From assembly GCA_051294375.1 (NCBI GenBank), contig CM119266.1:23920411-23984410 (forward strand): DNA of 64,000 nt, given 5' to 3'. The notes below the pieces were generated by a model, which saw nothing but the letters and a program-made list of their open reading frames with translations, had not been told where the DNA came from and made no database searches. Numbering within the stretch: position 1 is the stretch's first letter; every line of letters starts with the position of its first letter. The translations under genes were made by a program, and so were the position numbers. The DNA comes from Paraspadella gotoi (taxonomy: Eukaryota > Animalia > Chaetognatha). This document shows, in pieces, positions 27,373 to 42,250 of this stretch.

Positions 27373-30300
27373 TGCCTCGTTATCAGGGATAGGAAAATGC
27401 AATGGGGAAGAAAGAGAGAAAAGGAAAAGAGACTCTTGTAATTGAATTGTGTTGGAGAGTAGATTACTGTTTATTAGTTTTAGTTTATTTTGATCACTTG
27501 GTTTTAGTTGTTTCGAAAAAAGAAATAGAACAACAAATAATAAGCAATTTCTCGTAGTGTGTTCTCAGCTACATCCTTTCTGCAAGGGCTAAAATGAAGC
27601 CAACCTATGTGTTCAATATTTTTAGGGAGGAAACGCCTACGAAAGAATCTTTAAATATCAATAGAGAAAATCAGTATTTCCTTCAGCTGTCGCCCTCCTG
27701 CATCTTTACACAAACCGTCTTCCACCTTGGCTTTATTTAATTTCGTCTCTCTTCCACTATCGATAAAACTTGTCCACCCTCCAACCACCACCTTCGAATC
27801 AGCCTCGCCCACCCTCCACCCTCCACCTTCCCCACAACCACCTCAAGATCCTCCACCTTTGATCAACATCTTTACGACTTCTTTCTCTGATCGTAAAGAC
27901 TAAAGACGCACCGTCGTGGACGACCCGAGCCTGACTCCGCCAAGCCTCGTCGAATCGAAGAGNNNNNNNNNNNNNNNNNNNNNNNNNNNNNNNNNNNNNN
28001 NNNNNNNNNNNNNNNNNNNNNNNNNNNNNNNNNNNNNNNNNNNNNNNNNNNNNNNNNNNNNNNNNNNNNNNNNNNNNNNNNNNNNNNNNNNNNNNNNNNN
28101 NNNNNNNNNNNNNNNNNNNNNNNNNNNNNNNNNNNNNNNNNNNNNNNNNNNNNNNNNNNNNNNNNNATTACTTATTTTATGTCTAGACTCGTTCATGGTA
28201 AATTAACTTTATTGAATATTCGTTCATCTGTCAAGGCTTTTTTTATTACATTATTTGCCTTTATTCGTATTTTGGATTATTAATATCATCCAGACTGATA
28301 AAAGATTAATGTGGTCAAATGTTATGCGCCCTTTGATTATGACTTTAAAAAAAAGAGCAATAAAGGAACTTGCATTCGTGACGAATTTATTATGTTAAAA
28401 GTCGCATATTAAAACACTTTCCTGATTTTATTTCATTTTTTTCTTTTGTTTTTGTTTATTTGTTTGTTATGTGCTGGCGAAGCCGACGAATTTATCTGGG
28501 GATTTTTTTTTTTTTTCAATTTAAAATTTACGAGCGACTTTTAAAGAAAAACACTTTTGAAGGGCGAGACGATAAGATTATGAACAAAATAAGATTTACG
28601 AGTTCTGAGCTTCGTAAAAATGACTTTATTTTCAAAGTTTCTGGAAATTGTTTCGCCTATAATTCCCAAATTTCGCCGCAAAAAAAAAAAAAAAAANNNN
28701 NNNNNNNNNNNNNNNNNNNNNNNNNNNNNNNNNNNNNNNNNNNNNNNNNNNNNNNNNNNNNNNNNNNNNNNNNNNNNNNNNNNNNNNNNNNNNNNNNNNN
28801 NNNNNNNNNNNNNNNNNNNNNNNNNNNNNNNNNNNNNNNNGCAGTTTTATTTGCCGCGCGAGGGCATCCCCGTCGCTAAAACCGCCTTATTACCGACTCG
28901 ACGACGACAACACTACGTTATAACCGAGTTTTATACACAATAAAGCCGAGTCTTAATCTTCCCCTTTATTCCTCGAAGCCCCATAAAAGCGTTGGACGGA
29001 CGCCGTCGTATGAAAATGACGCCGCCGACGCCGATGAGGGCGACGCCGACAACGACAACGACNNNNNNNNNNNNNNNNNNNNNNNNNNNNNNNNNNNNNN
29101 NNNNNNNNNNNNNNNNNNNNNNNNNNNNNNNNNNNNNNNNNNNNNNNNNNNNNNNNNNNNNNNNNNNNNNNNNNNNNNNNNNNNNNNNNNNNNNNNNNNN
29201 NNNNNNNNNNNNNNNNNNNNNNNNNNNNNNTTTTTTCCATATTGATTTCACTCGGTCATTCCGCTGTTTATGTCCTATGACGTCGTCTTTCTATCACATT
29301 AGAAGAGTTTTATGTCCTTTTATGCGATGGCGGGCCGATGGGCCGGAAGAGGGAGGGAGTTGCGTTGGGGGAAAAAAAAGGAGGAAGAAGAAGAAAGAAA
29401 AAGTGAGAGGAAAAGTTGGAGAATGAAGGAAAGAGGGCAGAGAGAGCTTCAATTTAGCGACATCTTAACATATAAATAGCAAAATAGTTAGTATTGAAAT
29501 TAAAATAAACATGTTTCTCTTTTTTGGATTTATTGCTCTCGTCTCATACACATTTTAAATTTTCTATACTTTTTCCTCCTCAATATTTTTTTTTGCATAG
29601 TTTTCATTCCAAAAGTTTATATTAATACGTAATACACAAAGGCTGCAAAACGTCTAATTCGTAAATTAACTATGTTGTATATTTGTGATATCTGCTAAAA
29701 CTTAGCCTTTTATCCATACCTCTTTCCCTCCCCCTTAGGTCGCAACGATGCCAAGATTTCGCGATGCCATCATCAAAGGCGCGATTCAGCTGCCATCTGG
29801 CGGTCGATGCCGCCTTTCAAATGGCATCCAATGGGGCGAAAAGAAGGGGAACTGAGGGAGGGTGTGGGCGAGAGGTTGGGTTAAGATTGGCGGGGCGCGT
29901 TGGGAATCGGTGGGGTTCTAGGCGGGGGACGGGAGGAATTCGTTCGGACGTAGGGAGGAGTCGTTGGCTCGTGAATCGTCGGAATGTCTTTTTGCCAGAT
30001 GGTGAAAAAGATTAAGATTGCCTCATTGCAGTGACGAAGAGAACTTTGTCGCCGTCTTTGTCGTCTTAGAACAAACGCGAGAAATTTCTTTTAAAAAAAG
30101 CAATCATGATAGTTTTACATTCAGTAAAGTAAAGCAAGCTGTAATTAGTAATTTCGGTTTTAGGGAGATCCTTGATAAAATGTTCGCGATAGAAAAGTCA
30201 AACCTCATACGATAAAATTTCCAGAATTTTTCTCAGAAGTTTTTTATATTTATTTTTATTTTCATCAAAGGAGAGAAAAACTTCCTTCGAAAGATCAACT

Positions 30301-31223
30301 TTGACATGACGGTTCGAGTCACGAAATATATAATCTCCAGCCAATTCCTTTTTTTTTCGTTTGATCTCCTCAAACAAAAAAAGAAAGATTAAAAACCGTA
30401 AATGTAATATTCTCTCTCGGAAAAGTAACGACTTGTCGGGAAACTTTAAAGACGCTGCTGCCGCGGGGCGGATGATTTGTCGGCTGAAAAGTCGGCAGAG
30501 AAGTCGGCTTCTCTTACAGAATCCACTCGAACGACAAGTTTCGAAACTCAAGATACAAGTGCGACTAATAAATTTAAGTCTCGATCGTTTGGTCCTTAGT
30601 ATAGTTTATAAACATAATTTTACTGAATTATATATAATTTCGGTGATTTTAAAAATAGACTTTAACACCGCCAAAAACCTGTTTGGCTGAAGACGTTGCT
30701 CACCTCGACGGGCCAATCCATTCGAAGGTAATTTGTCGACAGTTTTGAGGTTTCGCAATTTATGAGATGCGTTAACATATTTTAAAACTTATTGTGAGGG
30801 GGTCTATAAAATTACAAGATTTAAAACTTTTTGGACTTTTAGAAAAATGGCACGTTTTCTTTTTGGTTTTGCATACCTGTGTGTAATAAAATTCTAACTA
30901 AATAGAATTGAGAAAACTAATAACTTTCCTCTGCAAAGACTGATTCAGAAACACACTCACAATTAAGATAAATCAAATCCTAGTTTAATAAGATTTATAG
31001 TAATTACCAAACTTTGATCAGCAACAAAGAAGCGACTGTCTCCCGAAAATATATTTGTTTTCCCCGACTTGGTTCATAACTCTTTTTTAACTCTTCTAAA
31101 ACCGACCGCGTTCTAAATCAACTAAAGGGAATTAGAATAAGTGTAGATAACTAATTAAAAGAGTAATGCGTTGCCTAGCGGTTAGACAACGACGGTGTCG
31201 GCAGACTTGAGAGGAGCAGCGTC

Positions 31224-31278
31224 GGCGGCGGTGGCGGTGGCGGTGGCGGTGGCGGTGGTCGCGGCGGCGGCGGTGGCG
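31224..31278. repeat. (GGTGGC)n/(GGC)n repeat
   Basis: Directly visible; explains the poly-Pro and AVAVAV ORFs. Confidence 0.85.
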
Positions 31279-31413
31279 ATGATTTGTCGACCCAAAATCG
31301 ATCCTTTTTATCCGATCCACTCGAACGGAACACAATTGAATTACAGGCGTCTGAGAAAGGGAATTCATCAAGCCGACGCTGTGGCTCTGCGCTCCTGACC
31401 CGATTTCGAAAAA

Positions 31414-31483
<70 letters not shown>

Positions 31484-32041
31484 TGCGATTTTGTCCCCGA
31501 TTCCAAAACAATTGTTGGGCCAGCGGTTTTTTAGATGGATCAATTTCAACATTATTGATTCTTTGTTCATTTCATGACAACAATTTTAGTTCATAAAAAT
31601 AGCCATACTTTGACGAATGAGTAACAGTTTAAGGAGTTCTCTAAAAAAACGCTGCAATCTGTTTTATATCTGTTTTTATCCATTTTATTTATTAAGAATT
31701 CTTCATCAGGTTAGAAAAGATTGAACCCTTAACTTTCCTGTCTTTTTGCCCTCACCCTCATCCCTTTTCTTTCTTCCTTTCTTTACCCTCACTCACTCCC
31801 TCACCCAAACCCCGTGGATTCGCCCAAAGGCGCCGACTTTTTAACGACCCCGCAACGCCGGCGATGGGTGGCGGTTATATTCATGTTAACGCGCCATTTC
31901 TCCGGCGTTTATGGTAGTTTTATCGAAAATAATCACCGCAGCGCCGGATTCCGACGGCGTTAACTGAAGACGGCGCCGAGTAAAAGAAAACGACGCCGCT
32001 AACGCCGCATTGTGCATTGTGTCTCTTTATTCGTAGTTGGA

Positions 32042-32628
<587 letters not shown>

Positions 32629-35041
32629 GAGATATGAATATTGAGACCGCACAAGAAGAAACAAGCTAAGTTACGGCCATGTGTTTTTAAAATAATGAAT
32701 CCTTTCTCCCCCTCTCTTCCTGGCCCTTCCTTTTCTCCTCTCTTACCTTTTCTTTCTTCTTGATACACGAGACGACAAAAAATAAAGATAACCAACTGGC
32801 ATTCAAAACGAACCCGTATCTCTCATTCTTTCTCAGCATTTTAACATTAATCAAACGATATCAAAATGATGTCAAAAAAGAATAAACTGTCTCTCTTTTC
32901 GATTTGAAATAACTCAGCATTTTCTTTTTTTAAATTTTCAAATAAATACCTTATAATCCTAAAAATATGTTTGTACCTTGTCAATTTAAATCCATTTTCC
33001 TTTTCTAGGTTCAAGGTATCGATATTATTTTTTTTTGAAACCAATTTTCTTTGCGCGAAAAATAAAAAATAATCCCGTCGGTTTTGATAACCGACTTTGA
33101 CGCAAACGCGCTCCGATAAATTTGGCGCCGGCCGTCGGAACGGCCCGAGAGATGGCCCCTTAACTCCGATAAAATGATATAAGTTATAATCACAACGCGT
33201 CCCAACATCACAAAAAAAATACGCAAAAAAAAAAAATATACAAAATCTTCCGGCGCCAAAGGTTAACCACAAGGGAGGAACAAAAAGAGGAAACAAATTC
33301 GACGACCCCCCTCCGGGACCCCCCCCAAAATTAAAACCCGCATCCTGTGTATGACCCCAACATTTCTGAGCTCCTCCTCACACTCACCTCAACGTTCACC
33401 CTTCGGGACTCCCATCGGAGCGTGGAGAGAGCCTTCCCCGACTCGTTTTTCGATCTATCTCTCTCTCTCTCTTTCTTCCTTCTTTCTTCTTCTTCTTCTC
33501 TTCTTCTTCTTCTTCTTCTTCTTCTTCTTCTATGCCTCTCTGTCCTACTCCTAAGATTCTAGATAAAAATTCTTCGTTTAAGCTCACTGTATACCCACCT
33601 TAAAACTAGTCCCCACAATACACCGCCACCTTCGTACCGCCCCCCTCCACTAAAGAGCCAGTCTGGACGAGTGAAGTGTTATTTCCAGAAAGACCGAAAG
33701 TGAATTTATAGAAACCAGAATAGAGTATGCCCGATATAGAAGACAAGAAGAAATAGAATAGCAGAAAAATTTGTTAAGAAGAAAGAGAGAAGAAAACGCG
33801 GAAATAATCTTTGGACAACGAAACAACTAACTCAAAATATCAAGAAAGAGAAGAAAGAAGGGAAAAGTAGCGCACAAGATAACGAGAGAGGAAACAATAC
33901 CGACGAAGTACGAACCTGACCCAAGTTTAGAATCCGTTCACAGGCTGGGAGACCAAATGGAAAGCGATGGCAGAGAGGAGAGAGGGAAAGATGCAGGGCG
34001 ACACGGAAAGAAGACCACGCGAACAGACGAGAGCCAAAGAAAGAAAAGAATAGAAAGAAAGAAAAGAAAGAACGAAAGAACGAAAGAAAGAAAGAAAGAA
34101 AGAAGCACCAAGAGAAGAAAGACAGAAGAGCAAACGCTAAAGAAAGACAAGAGGAAGAGTATTCAAAAAATCTCTCAGTCAGTTCATTTCACTACAACCT
34201 CAACACGCTTTACACAAGTCGTTCTTCGGCCCGGCACGCGCCCGTCCATCCGGGGCCTGGGGGGGGTTGGAAACGAAAACCATCTCCCGAAAATTTCCGA
34301 CTTTCCTTGCAATTTTGGGGGGGGGGAAAAAAAATTCCCCCCGCCTCGGAATAGCCGATTTCATTCACTTTTTAGGACCACAAACAGTCAAAGTTTTTCG
34401 TCTCGGGTTTAGGGCACCCCTTGCTCAAAAGGGCGATAACACGAATATTTAATTGGTTAGTAACAATTGCGAGGAGGAAATCGTTTTCCTTGGAGAGTTC
34501 TAAAATCAGTATATTTTATACAAGCGTGTCGTTTAAGTAACTTTCGGGGTCCTCGAAAATATCTTTGTTATATCTCCTTGTGGTTATTATAGTATCCGTG
34601 ACAAAAGGCTTCTCTTTCTCTCTCTTCTTCTCTTCTTCCTTCTCTTTTTTTCCTTTCCTCTCAATCATATTGAGAGATTTTCTTCGAAGTTTTGCTCCCT
34701 CTCCCCATCCCATACCCTCATCACAGTTTTTCATTTTATTTAATGATCATTATCTAAACGTTTTATTCTATTCAGTGCCACGGTGGCTCAGAGAGGCTTA
34801 TCCTTTCTCAAAACACTGATACACACTCGTTCGGTCCGTAGTCATTCTCGAACATTTCAAATTAATCTTGATGATAATAATTAATTCGTGTAGAGGGGCT
34901 TGATTGGTTATCCAAAAAAATTAAGGCGAAAGAAAAAAATAAAAACTCTTACTCTAACCACATTTGTTGTTTAATATCCACGTTAAGAGCATTTTCTCTC
35001 ATCGATCGCTTCACATCTCTTTAATTTCCTCTCTCTCTTCT

Positions 35042-35078
<37 letters not shown>

Positions 35079-35412
35079 TCTCTCTCTCTCTCTTCCAATA
35101 ACATAAAATAAGAGCTGTGCGATTTCGGTAACGGTTTTTTAATTCAATTTAAAATAAACATTAAACAAATTATTTTTTTTCCCGTCTTTAAAAAACAATA
35201 TACGGGTTCATTTTTCAAAGCGAATTTCCGCTAAAAAAGTAAAGTCCCGGCGGTCCCAGCTTGGGTGGAGACTATTCTTCTCTCTCTTTTTTTTCTCTCT
35301 CTCTCTCTCTGGACTTTTCTTCTCGAAACGAGGTTCGTAAAATAACCCAATGACTTTACGGCCAGAGTAAATTGGGGGGAAACGACTCAGGATTGAAAGA
35401 AGGGAAAACGTA

Positions 35413-35428
35413 TGTGTGTGTAGTGTGT

Positions 35429-35481
<53 letters not shown>

Positions 35482-35491
35482 TTGTGTGTGT
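35413..35491. repeat. (GT)n microsatellite
   Basis: Directly visible. Confidence 0.9.
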
Positions 35492-35673
35492 GAAGCTGAG
35501 GAGAGGGAAAGAGAGAGGAGGAGAAGAGAGATAGGAGAGAGAGGAGAAGAGAGAGAGGAGAGTAGAAGAGAGAANNNNNNNNNNNNNNNNNNNNNNNNNG
35601 CAGGACGTTTCCTGAGAGAGAGAGAGAGCGAGAGGAGAGAGAGAGAGAGAGGAGAGAGAGAGGAGAGAGAGAT

Positions 35674-35717
<44 letters not shown>

Positions 35718-36459
35718 AGGGTAGATTCCCGCTACCACCCACGAGCAGAAATATGTTAAGAGAAGCAGAAAAATGTAAAGTTTACAAAAAAGATGATATC
35801 TTTTGTTTTTAATTACGATCTTTCGTCGACGCATTCCTTTCATCATAGTCTACCCCCCTCGCCCTTACCGCCCGCCACTCACTCACCCCGATTCCGCCAC
35901 TCGCCCGCTGTTTTTCTCCGCCTTTCTATCCACCTTCGGCCCGCTGATCTCTCTCTTTTTAGAGAGAGAGAGAAAAGAAATGGGTTTTACATTAACATGA
36001 AAGGGTCGTTGCGAAGCGAGAAATCACCTTTAAGTTCAGGGAAAAGACTCTTTTGTGCTGAAGAAAGGAGAATTGTGATTTGGAGGAAAACGAGAGAAGA
36101 GAATTCTCTTTCTTTTCTTTTTCTTTTCGCGGGAAATTTGTCGTCGATTTGGGAAAAATGAATGAATAATGTATTTTGTTTTGGATTTTTTTCCGACCGT
36201 TGTGGCGCTGTGTATCGTTGCGTTGTTGAGTGCAGCGGCCCTAATCGGTAAGGTTAGTTTTTCAGGTTGCTGTTATACTAGTTTATACTGACACTGTTTT
36301 AGATATAATTTTTGGAACTGATACTGTAATCACAGTATATCAAAAATTCATAAAATGTTCGTTTATACGCCGCGTAATCTCATTAGACCCATAGAGTCGA
36401 TCAAACGTGTAGCGCCACACATCCAATGCATATTCCGTGCGAGAGAGAGAGAGAGAGAG

Positions 36460-37300
36460 AGAGAGACATGGCTAATACTCAGGAAACCTCGCTATCAGCG
36501 CAGCGTCCGGGCAGCAGGCAGCGCGCGCGGCCGAGCGTGCCTTCTTCCCTACCTTCGCACTAACTTAGCGCCTCGCGCTCTTTCTTACTTCCTCTTCCTC
36601 TTCCTTCTCCTTATCTCCCGGATCCGCTGCCGACTTGCCCAAAGTCGCATCCGGTCTGGAGCTGCAGTGGATAACTTACTCTTTCTCTCTCTCCTTACCC
36701 TTCGTCTACCGCCGAGTCTCGTTTCTCTTCTGTCTGCCGAGCGGAATCGATTATGGGGTTTCGTGAGTGCGTGTGTGGTGTGAGTATAATTATTATGATT
36801 ATTAATAATAATAATAATACATAAACTAATTATTATATAACTATTACATTATTGTAGGCGTTATTTCACTATGATTAGAAAGAAAGAAACGAAAAAAAAG
36901 AAATAAAGAAAGAAAAACAAAACGAAGAGAAAGCAAAGAAAAAAACCGAACGAGAATGGAAGAAAGAAAAAAGAATGAAAAAAAATTATTAAAAAGATTG
37001 AGACCAGACAAAATAAATAAATAAATAAACATAATAAATAATTTTAGATTTTGAGCTAAAAATAATAATTACTTACTTAAAAAAAGATAGTAAATCTAAC
37101 AATAATGATTAAATATGGCCTGGCAAAGACAATGAAAATACTGAATAATGAGAAAATATTGATCACAATATAAGCATGTTTTAATATATTAATTTTCAAT
37201 TTTTGCTTACGCCGAGGAACATATTGAAGAGTATAATAGTTAGCAAGAATTTTAAAATATCAAGCTAGAATCAACAATTATAAGCTCTAAGCATAGTGCG
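36460..37300. repeat. Inverted duplicate A, arm 2
   Basis: Reverse complement aligns by eye to 16170-17060; lies between 25-N gaps at 35575 and 37497. Confidence 0.8.
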
Positions 37301-38336
37301 TATGATACTTTATATTTTTTTAATGGCCCCTAGCGACAATTTGTTGAGCAAATGTAATAAAGACGAGATTTTTGCATTTGAATAGAGTTCTATTGCCACC
37401 TGGAATGTAACCAGACACTCCTTAAAGAGCCAGAGCGGGATGACCATAAACCAGTGGCTGCGCCAATACATGTAAATCATTCTTCCTCTTTTTTTTNNNN
37501 NNNNNNNNNNNNNNNNNNNNNAGAGAGAGAGAGAGAAAGCCTGTGATCGGAATGCCATCGCGCTCGCCGTAACTTATGCGAAAAAGGCGGAAAGGGGAAT
37601 GTGAATGACTTTCGCGAGTGTGAATGGCATAAACATTCCTTCACAAAACGAACGGTGACGAGAAAAAGAGAACAGCAGTAAAGATCACCGTCGGAGGGCG
37701 CGGGGGGAAGGAGAGAGGAAAAGATAGAAAGATGGAGAAGGTTGAAAGGATCGGGAAGTTTGAAGTAAAATCAAAATGAAAATTAACTTTTGGGCTGAGT
37801 CTTAGTAGAATCATAAGATCATCGCAGGGACTTAAACCGTTACATACTTTTAAATTTAAATATAAAACCATGTGAGGAAAATATACTTCTTCTATGCACA
37901 GTTTTGTAGATTTGTATTTAGTATAAAGACCGAGCGAAATGCCGTATCGAATCACGATATCGTCAAAGACACACGAAAGTTAATAACAAGTGTAAATCAT
38001 AACTTAGAAACTGAAACAAAAAAAAACGGTCGTTGGCAAGAAACCGAAATAGAGAGCGAGAGGGCGAGAGAAAGAGAGAGCGTTACATCGACGGCAATCG
38101 CCGTTTTTACAACGGGGCCATAACAATATAAAAAGAAAGAAGACGACCACTTTGTTTCAACCCCCCTCGACGCTCGCCGTCCTCCGTACAACATCAACAG
38201 TCGTATAAAAACCTCTAAACGAAGTCATAAAAACCGTCATTATAATCAGCGCTAAGAAGAACGATGGCACTAAAACACAGAGAGAGTGAGAAGAGAGTGA
38301 CGCGAGAGAGAAAGAGAGAGAGAGAAGAGAGAGAGA

Positions 38337-38384
<48 letters not shown>

Positions 38385-38499
38385 TTCTTTTGGCCGACGC
38401 TGCGCACTCAAGCGAAGCGAGAACACAGAGAAGGAAAAAAGAGAAGAGATAGAGATGAAGAAAAAGAGGAGAGGGAGAGAGAGAGAGAAAGAGAAAGGG

Positions 38500-39178
38500 A
38501 AGATATTCGTCCGCTTAGGCGCCAATGTTTTTGTTTTTTACGGGTTCCTTTGATATTCAATTCCTCCTTTCTGCTCCCTTCTATCGCTGGTCGACTTTCT
38601 CCGGCACAAACGCCATATTAAAGGTTTTTAAAAAAAATCGAGTTTTATGATAATGTAATGAGAAGGAGAGAGAGAGAGAGAGAGAGAAGAGAGAGAGAAG
38701 AGAAGAGAGAGAGAAGAGAGAGAGAGAGAGGCGCGAGAGGAAGGGGGGAGAGGAAAAGATGAGGATAGAGAAGAAATGGGAAGGGAAAGTTTGAGAAATT
38801 AAGAGGGAGGATGTAAATCGTAAAAGTGGGGAGAGGCCTGAGGCCTGGTAAACCGGGGTATGTGAATGNNNNNNNNNNNNNNNNNNNNNNNNNAGAGAGA
38901 GAGAGAGAGAGGAAGTATTTCCCGCTTAGCCAAGTTTTAGTTTTATTACGGGTTGATATTATCCCTTCTCCTCCCTCTACGGTCGATCCCGGCTTTAAAA
39001 ATCGAGTTTTATGATAATGAATGAGAAGGAGAGAGAGAGAGAGAGAGAGCGAGAGAAGGGGGGGAGAGGAAAGAGAGTGAGATAGAGACAGAAATGGGAA
39101 GGGAAAGTCGAGAAATAGAGGGAGGAGTAAATCGTAAAGTGGGAGAGGCTGAGGCTGGGAAACGGGGTATGTGAATGT
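38500..39178 (+). repeat. Short direct duplication straddling a 25-N gap (38500-38868 versus 38910-39178)
   Basis: AAAATCGAGTTTTATGATAATG, AAATGGGAAGGGAAAGT and GGGGTATGTGAATG occur on both sides of the gap; unmerged overlap. Confidence 0.85.
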
Positions 39179-39799
39179 GATCAGGTGTGGGAAGGAAAGG
39201 ATCACGAGAGGGTCTATGAAAAGGGGAGGGGAGATAAGGGGCAGAGAGAATAAGGGTAAGGGAACTCGAAAAAGCGATTTTTATCGTCGGCAGTAAAAGA
39301 AAGGCGAGGGAGCGGAGAAAGCAATTCTGGATGATGTATCGCCTCATTTAGCGCAAACGGCCATTGCGAGAATGTCGCGGATTTAACGAGAACGGCCGTT
39401 GCGAAAAATAACGAGACCGGGCATCTTGAAAATCCATTTCTTGTTTTTAAGTTCGAAATTTCTTTTCAGAAACGTCGATATTTACCAGTCATAAGAGACG
39501 TAAACAGCCATCTTTTTTCTCCCTTTAAAAATTGAGATGGGGCAAAGAAAAAGTTAAGCGTGATTTTCGTAAAACCATTAGGATTAGCGATTAGTAATTT
39601 TAATATAGAAAAGTTTTTTCTACAAGGCAATTAAACATAAGGCTCGCCGTCGAAGCGTCTGTTAAAAATCGTTGCTTCGCTCACATCGAGGTCGTCGATG
39701 ACTTTGCAAAAACATCCTTGAGCCATTGACTTTTACGACTATCTCTCTCTCTCTCTCTCTCTCTTCCCGAGAAAACTAAAATGATAGTGGGCTCACGTG

Positions 39800-40900
39800 G
39801 CTTGTTCGTTTCCGCTCGCTCCAGATTCTGACAGGTGGCCCAGAACAAAGATATTCGGCGATTAAGTATTTTGCAACAGGGGCCACTTTTTCTCTCCTCT
39901 TTACCCTCTCTCTCGCGAGACGGCGCGCTCTTTTAGCCTGTCTCTGTCGGACTTTTCGCGGAATGGCGCATCTTCGGCGCGCAATCGCCACGTCTTCGAA
40001 GATCGCCCATTTCCCATTGTCCGCGCCAAACAGTTTCGCGTAGTTCGTGAATCGTTGTACGGGGTACTGCATTCGTCGTCGTCGTCGTCGTTCCGCGCCC
40101 GTCCGTCCGCCGTTCGCCCGTCCGTCCGTTCGTCCCGTGCTGCCGTCCGCCGTCGTCTTCTGTCGTCTTCTAAATCTCCCTAACATTCCCCCGATATCGC
40201 AAGAGGCCAATAATACTTTCGATCTGCTCAGGTTCTTACTGTCTCCTTCTGCGCACTTTTCTCTACTACGTAAGCGGCAGCTCTAGCCCAATCACGTGGT
40301 CGTTCCTTGATTCCGCATTAAAAATCTAGAGCCGCCACTCTCTCTCTCTCTCTCTTCGCTGGTCTCTCTGTCTCTCGTCTCTCTGCTTCTCTCATCTCTC
40401 TCTTCATTTCCTTGCCTCTCTCTATCTCTCTCTCACTCTCTCTTCTCTTTACAGAGGCCGCGGCATGCGAGCGTCGACAGATCGAAATACGAAGCGGGGC
40501 CGCCTCGAGTGAGAGGGGCCGCCGCGCCGAATGAGAACCTGAAAACTCAATTACGTCCCTACTTGCAAACCTATGTGATGCCTCAGTGGTTTATGGCCTG
40601 TTCGCGTCTTGGCCGGTCGGCGATCAGTGGAAGAGGCCGCGTCGCAGCGTATCCACGCATCTGGCAACACGTTATTGTCGGCGGGCTTGGCGCGGTACGT
40701 GCGGTTGCGGGCGGAGCGGCGGCAGCGGGCGGGGGATTGATGTAGATCGCGAACGATCGGCCGAAAATTGCCCTTTGTGCATCTCTGAGAAGTAGACCGA
40801 CGTGGAAAGGCCGGCAACCGCGTGGTGAAGAAAGGAAGGAAAATTTGAAGCAGAAGGTCAGGAAAAGGGAGGGAGAGAGAGAGAGCAGAAGAAGAGAGAG
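39800..40900. repeat. Inverted duplicate C, arm 1 (pairs with 44400-45430)
   Basis: Anchors such as CCGATATCGCAAGAGGCCAA (40191) versus TTGGCCTCTTGCGATATCGG (45087), and TCTCGCGAGACGGCGCG; this arm is the noisier one. Confidence 0.9.
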
Positions 40901-41285
40901 AGAGGAGAGAAGAGAGAGTAGAGACGAGAGAGAGAGAGAGATGGAGGAGAGATGACGGAGAGAGAGAGAGAGAGAGTGAAACGGCTGGGAGTGGGGAGAA
41001 GAAAGAGGGCGAGATGGGGAGTGGGGAAGAAGGAGAGAGGGAGGAAGAGTTGATGAGGAGGGGAGGGAGGGAGAGGAAGGAAAAGGCTTTCTGTCGATGA
41101 TTCAGAGGAGCCCAAGAAGGCCGATAGGAAAGTGGAGAGAAAAAAAGAAGGGGCGGGACTATTTTTTTCCTGAAACAAGATATTCGCTTTTCTTATCATT
41201 CTTCTTCGCCCACCCCCTTCTATTCCCTCCCCCCACCCACTTCACTACCGACTGTCAATCCCTATTTCGCTTCGAAGCGTTCAAA

Positions 41286-41346
41286 TCAATCTCGCGTCAA
41301 TCTCGCGTCAATCTCGCGTCATCTCTTGCCGTCAATCTCGGCGTCA
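41286..41346. repeat. 11-bp tandem repeat (CAATCTCGCGT), about 5 copies
   Basis: Directly visible; last two units degenerate. Confidence 0.8.
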
Positions 41347-41974
41347 TTTTTCTTAACGCCAATTTACGTCTAACTCACTGGAATCTCTCTTACGTAAAAT
41401 CTCGCGAGAGAGAGAAGAGAGAGAGAGCGTGGGATAGCGAGTGGATCTGAGGGAGGAAGCAGATGGAGAGACTGGGTGACTGAGAGATCCACTCTACCGA
41501 GATCATCCGAAGGAGCTGCAGGCGAGAGAGAAGATGGACGGGAGAGAGAGAGAGACTGAGGATGAGAGAGAGAGAGAGAGAGAAATATTTATAATATCGT
41601 GCGGACGATTTAGCCTTTAAACTCATTTGCCATATTATAGTTTTTTTTAATTTTTTCTCCTCATCGATAAAATCACCGACGGACGGAGAAAAAAGACGGA
41701 CGGAACGAAAACTTTTGAAGAATCGTTCCGTCCTTTAAGAGCGAAAATTTCGAAAGAGATTGGAGAAGGAGATGAGTCGGTTAAGATTAGAGAAGATGAC
41801 AATCAAGCATAAGTTCGAAGTCTAAAATTGTGATTTCCCCAAAATAAAAGGAAAAAAAAAATGCTCAATGCTCAAAAATTCCCCGAGACATTTAATTATT
41901 GGAAAGTCTTTTCAGGCCGGTAAGCGGTTTTGAATGATCTGGAGTGAAGTGTCGGCTTTAGGAATTTAGTAATT

Positions 41975-42250
41975 GGCAGGATTAAATATCACCCCAATTT
42001 TAAGATCAAGGATTTAACTTTACACCATTCCCAGATCCAGGATTAAATTCTCTAACCCCATTACCAGGTCCAAGATCAAATTATTGTAGTTCATACTTTT
42101 TACTAGACATCGTATAACTTTCCATTCGCTCTAGCTCCAGGATAATCTTACTCAAAGTTTACAAGGTCTAGGATACATCTATACACTAATCCTAGGTCCA
42201 GGATTAAATATTACACCAATTACACAGATCACCGAATTAAATCTTATCCA
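41975..42250. repeat. Degenerate ~30-bp minisatellite
   Basis: Recurrent (T)CCAGGATTAAAT...TACACCA units. Confidence 0.6.

Noticed and set aside
33025-33060. ENWFQKK on the minus strand, resembling homeodomain helix 3
   Set aside because: No KIWFQNRR context, derived from a T homopolymer, and upstream of exon 1.
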